A stretch of DNA of 38,455 nt from positions 1-38,455 of the forward strand of contig JAFGLX010000021.1 of assembly GCA_016927795.1 (NCBI GenBank), written 5' to 3'. The stretch comes from Candidatus Omnitrophota bacterium. Its GTDB lineage: Bacteria > Omnitrophota > Gorgyraeia > JABMRN01 > RBG-13-46-9. Below: more notes on the stretch, generated by a model. The model ran no database searches and had not been told where the DNA came from. It was given only the letters and a program-made list of their open reading frames with translations. The stretch is not shown here. The stretch's first letter is position 1.

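Noticed and set aside
32486-36880. The near-identical 33-63 nt repeats, considered as a CRISPR array or a mobile-element terminus.
   Set aside because: There are only three close copies, with irregular spacing of 3.1 kb and 1.1 kb. All are in frame and encode the same hydrophobic peptide. No cas or transposase genes are present.
8956-38103. About 90 track ORFs of 60-229 aa on the minus strand, plus five short plus-strand ORFs (11124, 13137, 16326, 24765, 32539), all inside the giant-gene region.
   Set aside because: All are antisense to, or out of frame with, the continuous frame that starts at 8714. They have low-complexity, Ser/Leu/Phe-rich shadow composition and no recognisable motifs. 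Several simply mirror the in-frame repeats, for example NGIAKSAIIIGPGP and TTSNPGLAVV.
8714-38455. The giant ORF considered as an NRPS/PKS megasynthase or an RTX/Ig-repeat adhesin.
   Set aside because: I saw no condensation, adenylation, thiolation, KS or AT core motifs, no GGxGxD nonapeptides, and no long arrays of about 100-aa beta-sandwich repeats. The content is a non-repetitive enzyme/HTH/TM mosaic.
8714-38455. The giant ORF considered as an artefact: several genes fused by assembly or sequencing errors.
   Set aside because: This cannot be fully excluded without reads. However, fusing a dozen or more genes would need every stop and every intergenic region removed while keeping one frame across 29.7 kb. 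Linkers between modules are coding-like (Pro/Lys/Thr-rich), and no intergenic-type AT-rich gaps or RBS-plus-ATG restarts are visible at module boundaries.

Overview
Bacterial chromosomal window in two parts. All translation and motif matching was done by eye, with no database searches.

(1) 1-8445 is an ordinary housekeeping block, mostly on the minus strand:
- a truncated small ORF
- a PilZ-domain membrane protein
- a coiled-coil membrane protein
- a divergent AsmA-like gene on the plus strand
- rdgB (dITP/XTP pyrophosphatase) and rph (RNase PH)
- a two-subunit class I Fe-S fumarate hydratase (beta, then alpha)
- murI (glutamate racemase)
- an Amidase_3 N-acetylmuramoyl-L-alanine amidase with a lipoprotein-like signal

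(2) 8714-38455 is one uninterrupted plus-strand reading frame of 29,742 nt (9,914 codons).
- It starts at ATG 8714, with an in-frame TAA at 8696-8698, and is still open at the right edge of the window.
- It is missing from the supplied ORF track, presumably because it has no stop codon in the window.
- Every track ORF between 8956 and 38103 is a short antisense or out-of-frame shadow of it.
- The product is a membrane-threaded mosaic megaprotein with more than 25 hydrophobic helices. Recognisable modules that are normally stand-alone proteins:
  - ATP-grasp-like
  - metallo-beta-lactamase/beta-CASP nuclease
  - sigma-70-like region 2 plus repeated region-4 HTHs
  - GHKL/HATPase-like
  - an 11-helix EamA/DMT-like block
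  - a complete GH77 4-alpha-glucanotransferase
  - XRE-like HTHs
  - a protein-kinase-like fold
  - degenerate tandem repeats
  - HEAT-like repeats
- The modules are punctuated by short cassettes conserved at the nucleotide level:
  - a sorting-signal-like GPGPMMIALFAIPFF..WRW anchor
  - a hairpin-encoding (T)TxNPGLEVV / PDAGSE motif
  - an RFT.D.E.EAR.FQQGR.RFFKTP motif
- This architecture resembles the giant ORFs reported from uncultivated bacteria such as Omnitrophota. That lineage assignment is inference only.

No rRNA, tRNA, CRISPR array or transposase was seen.
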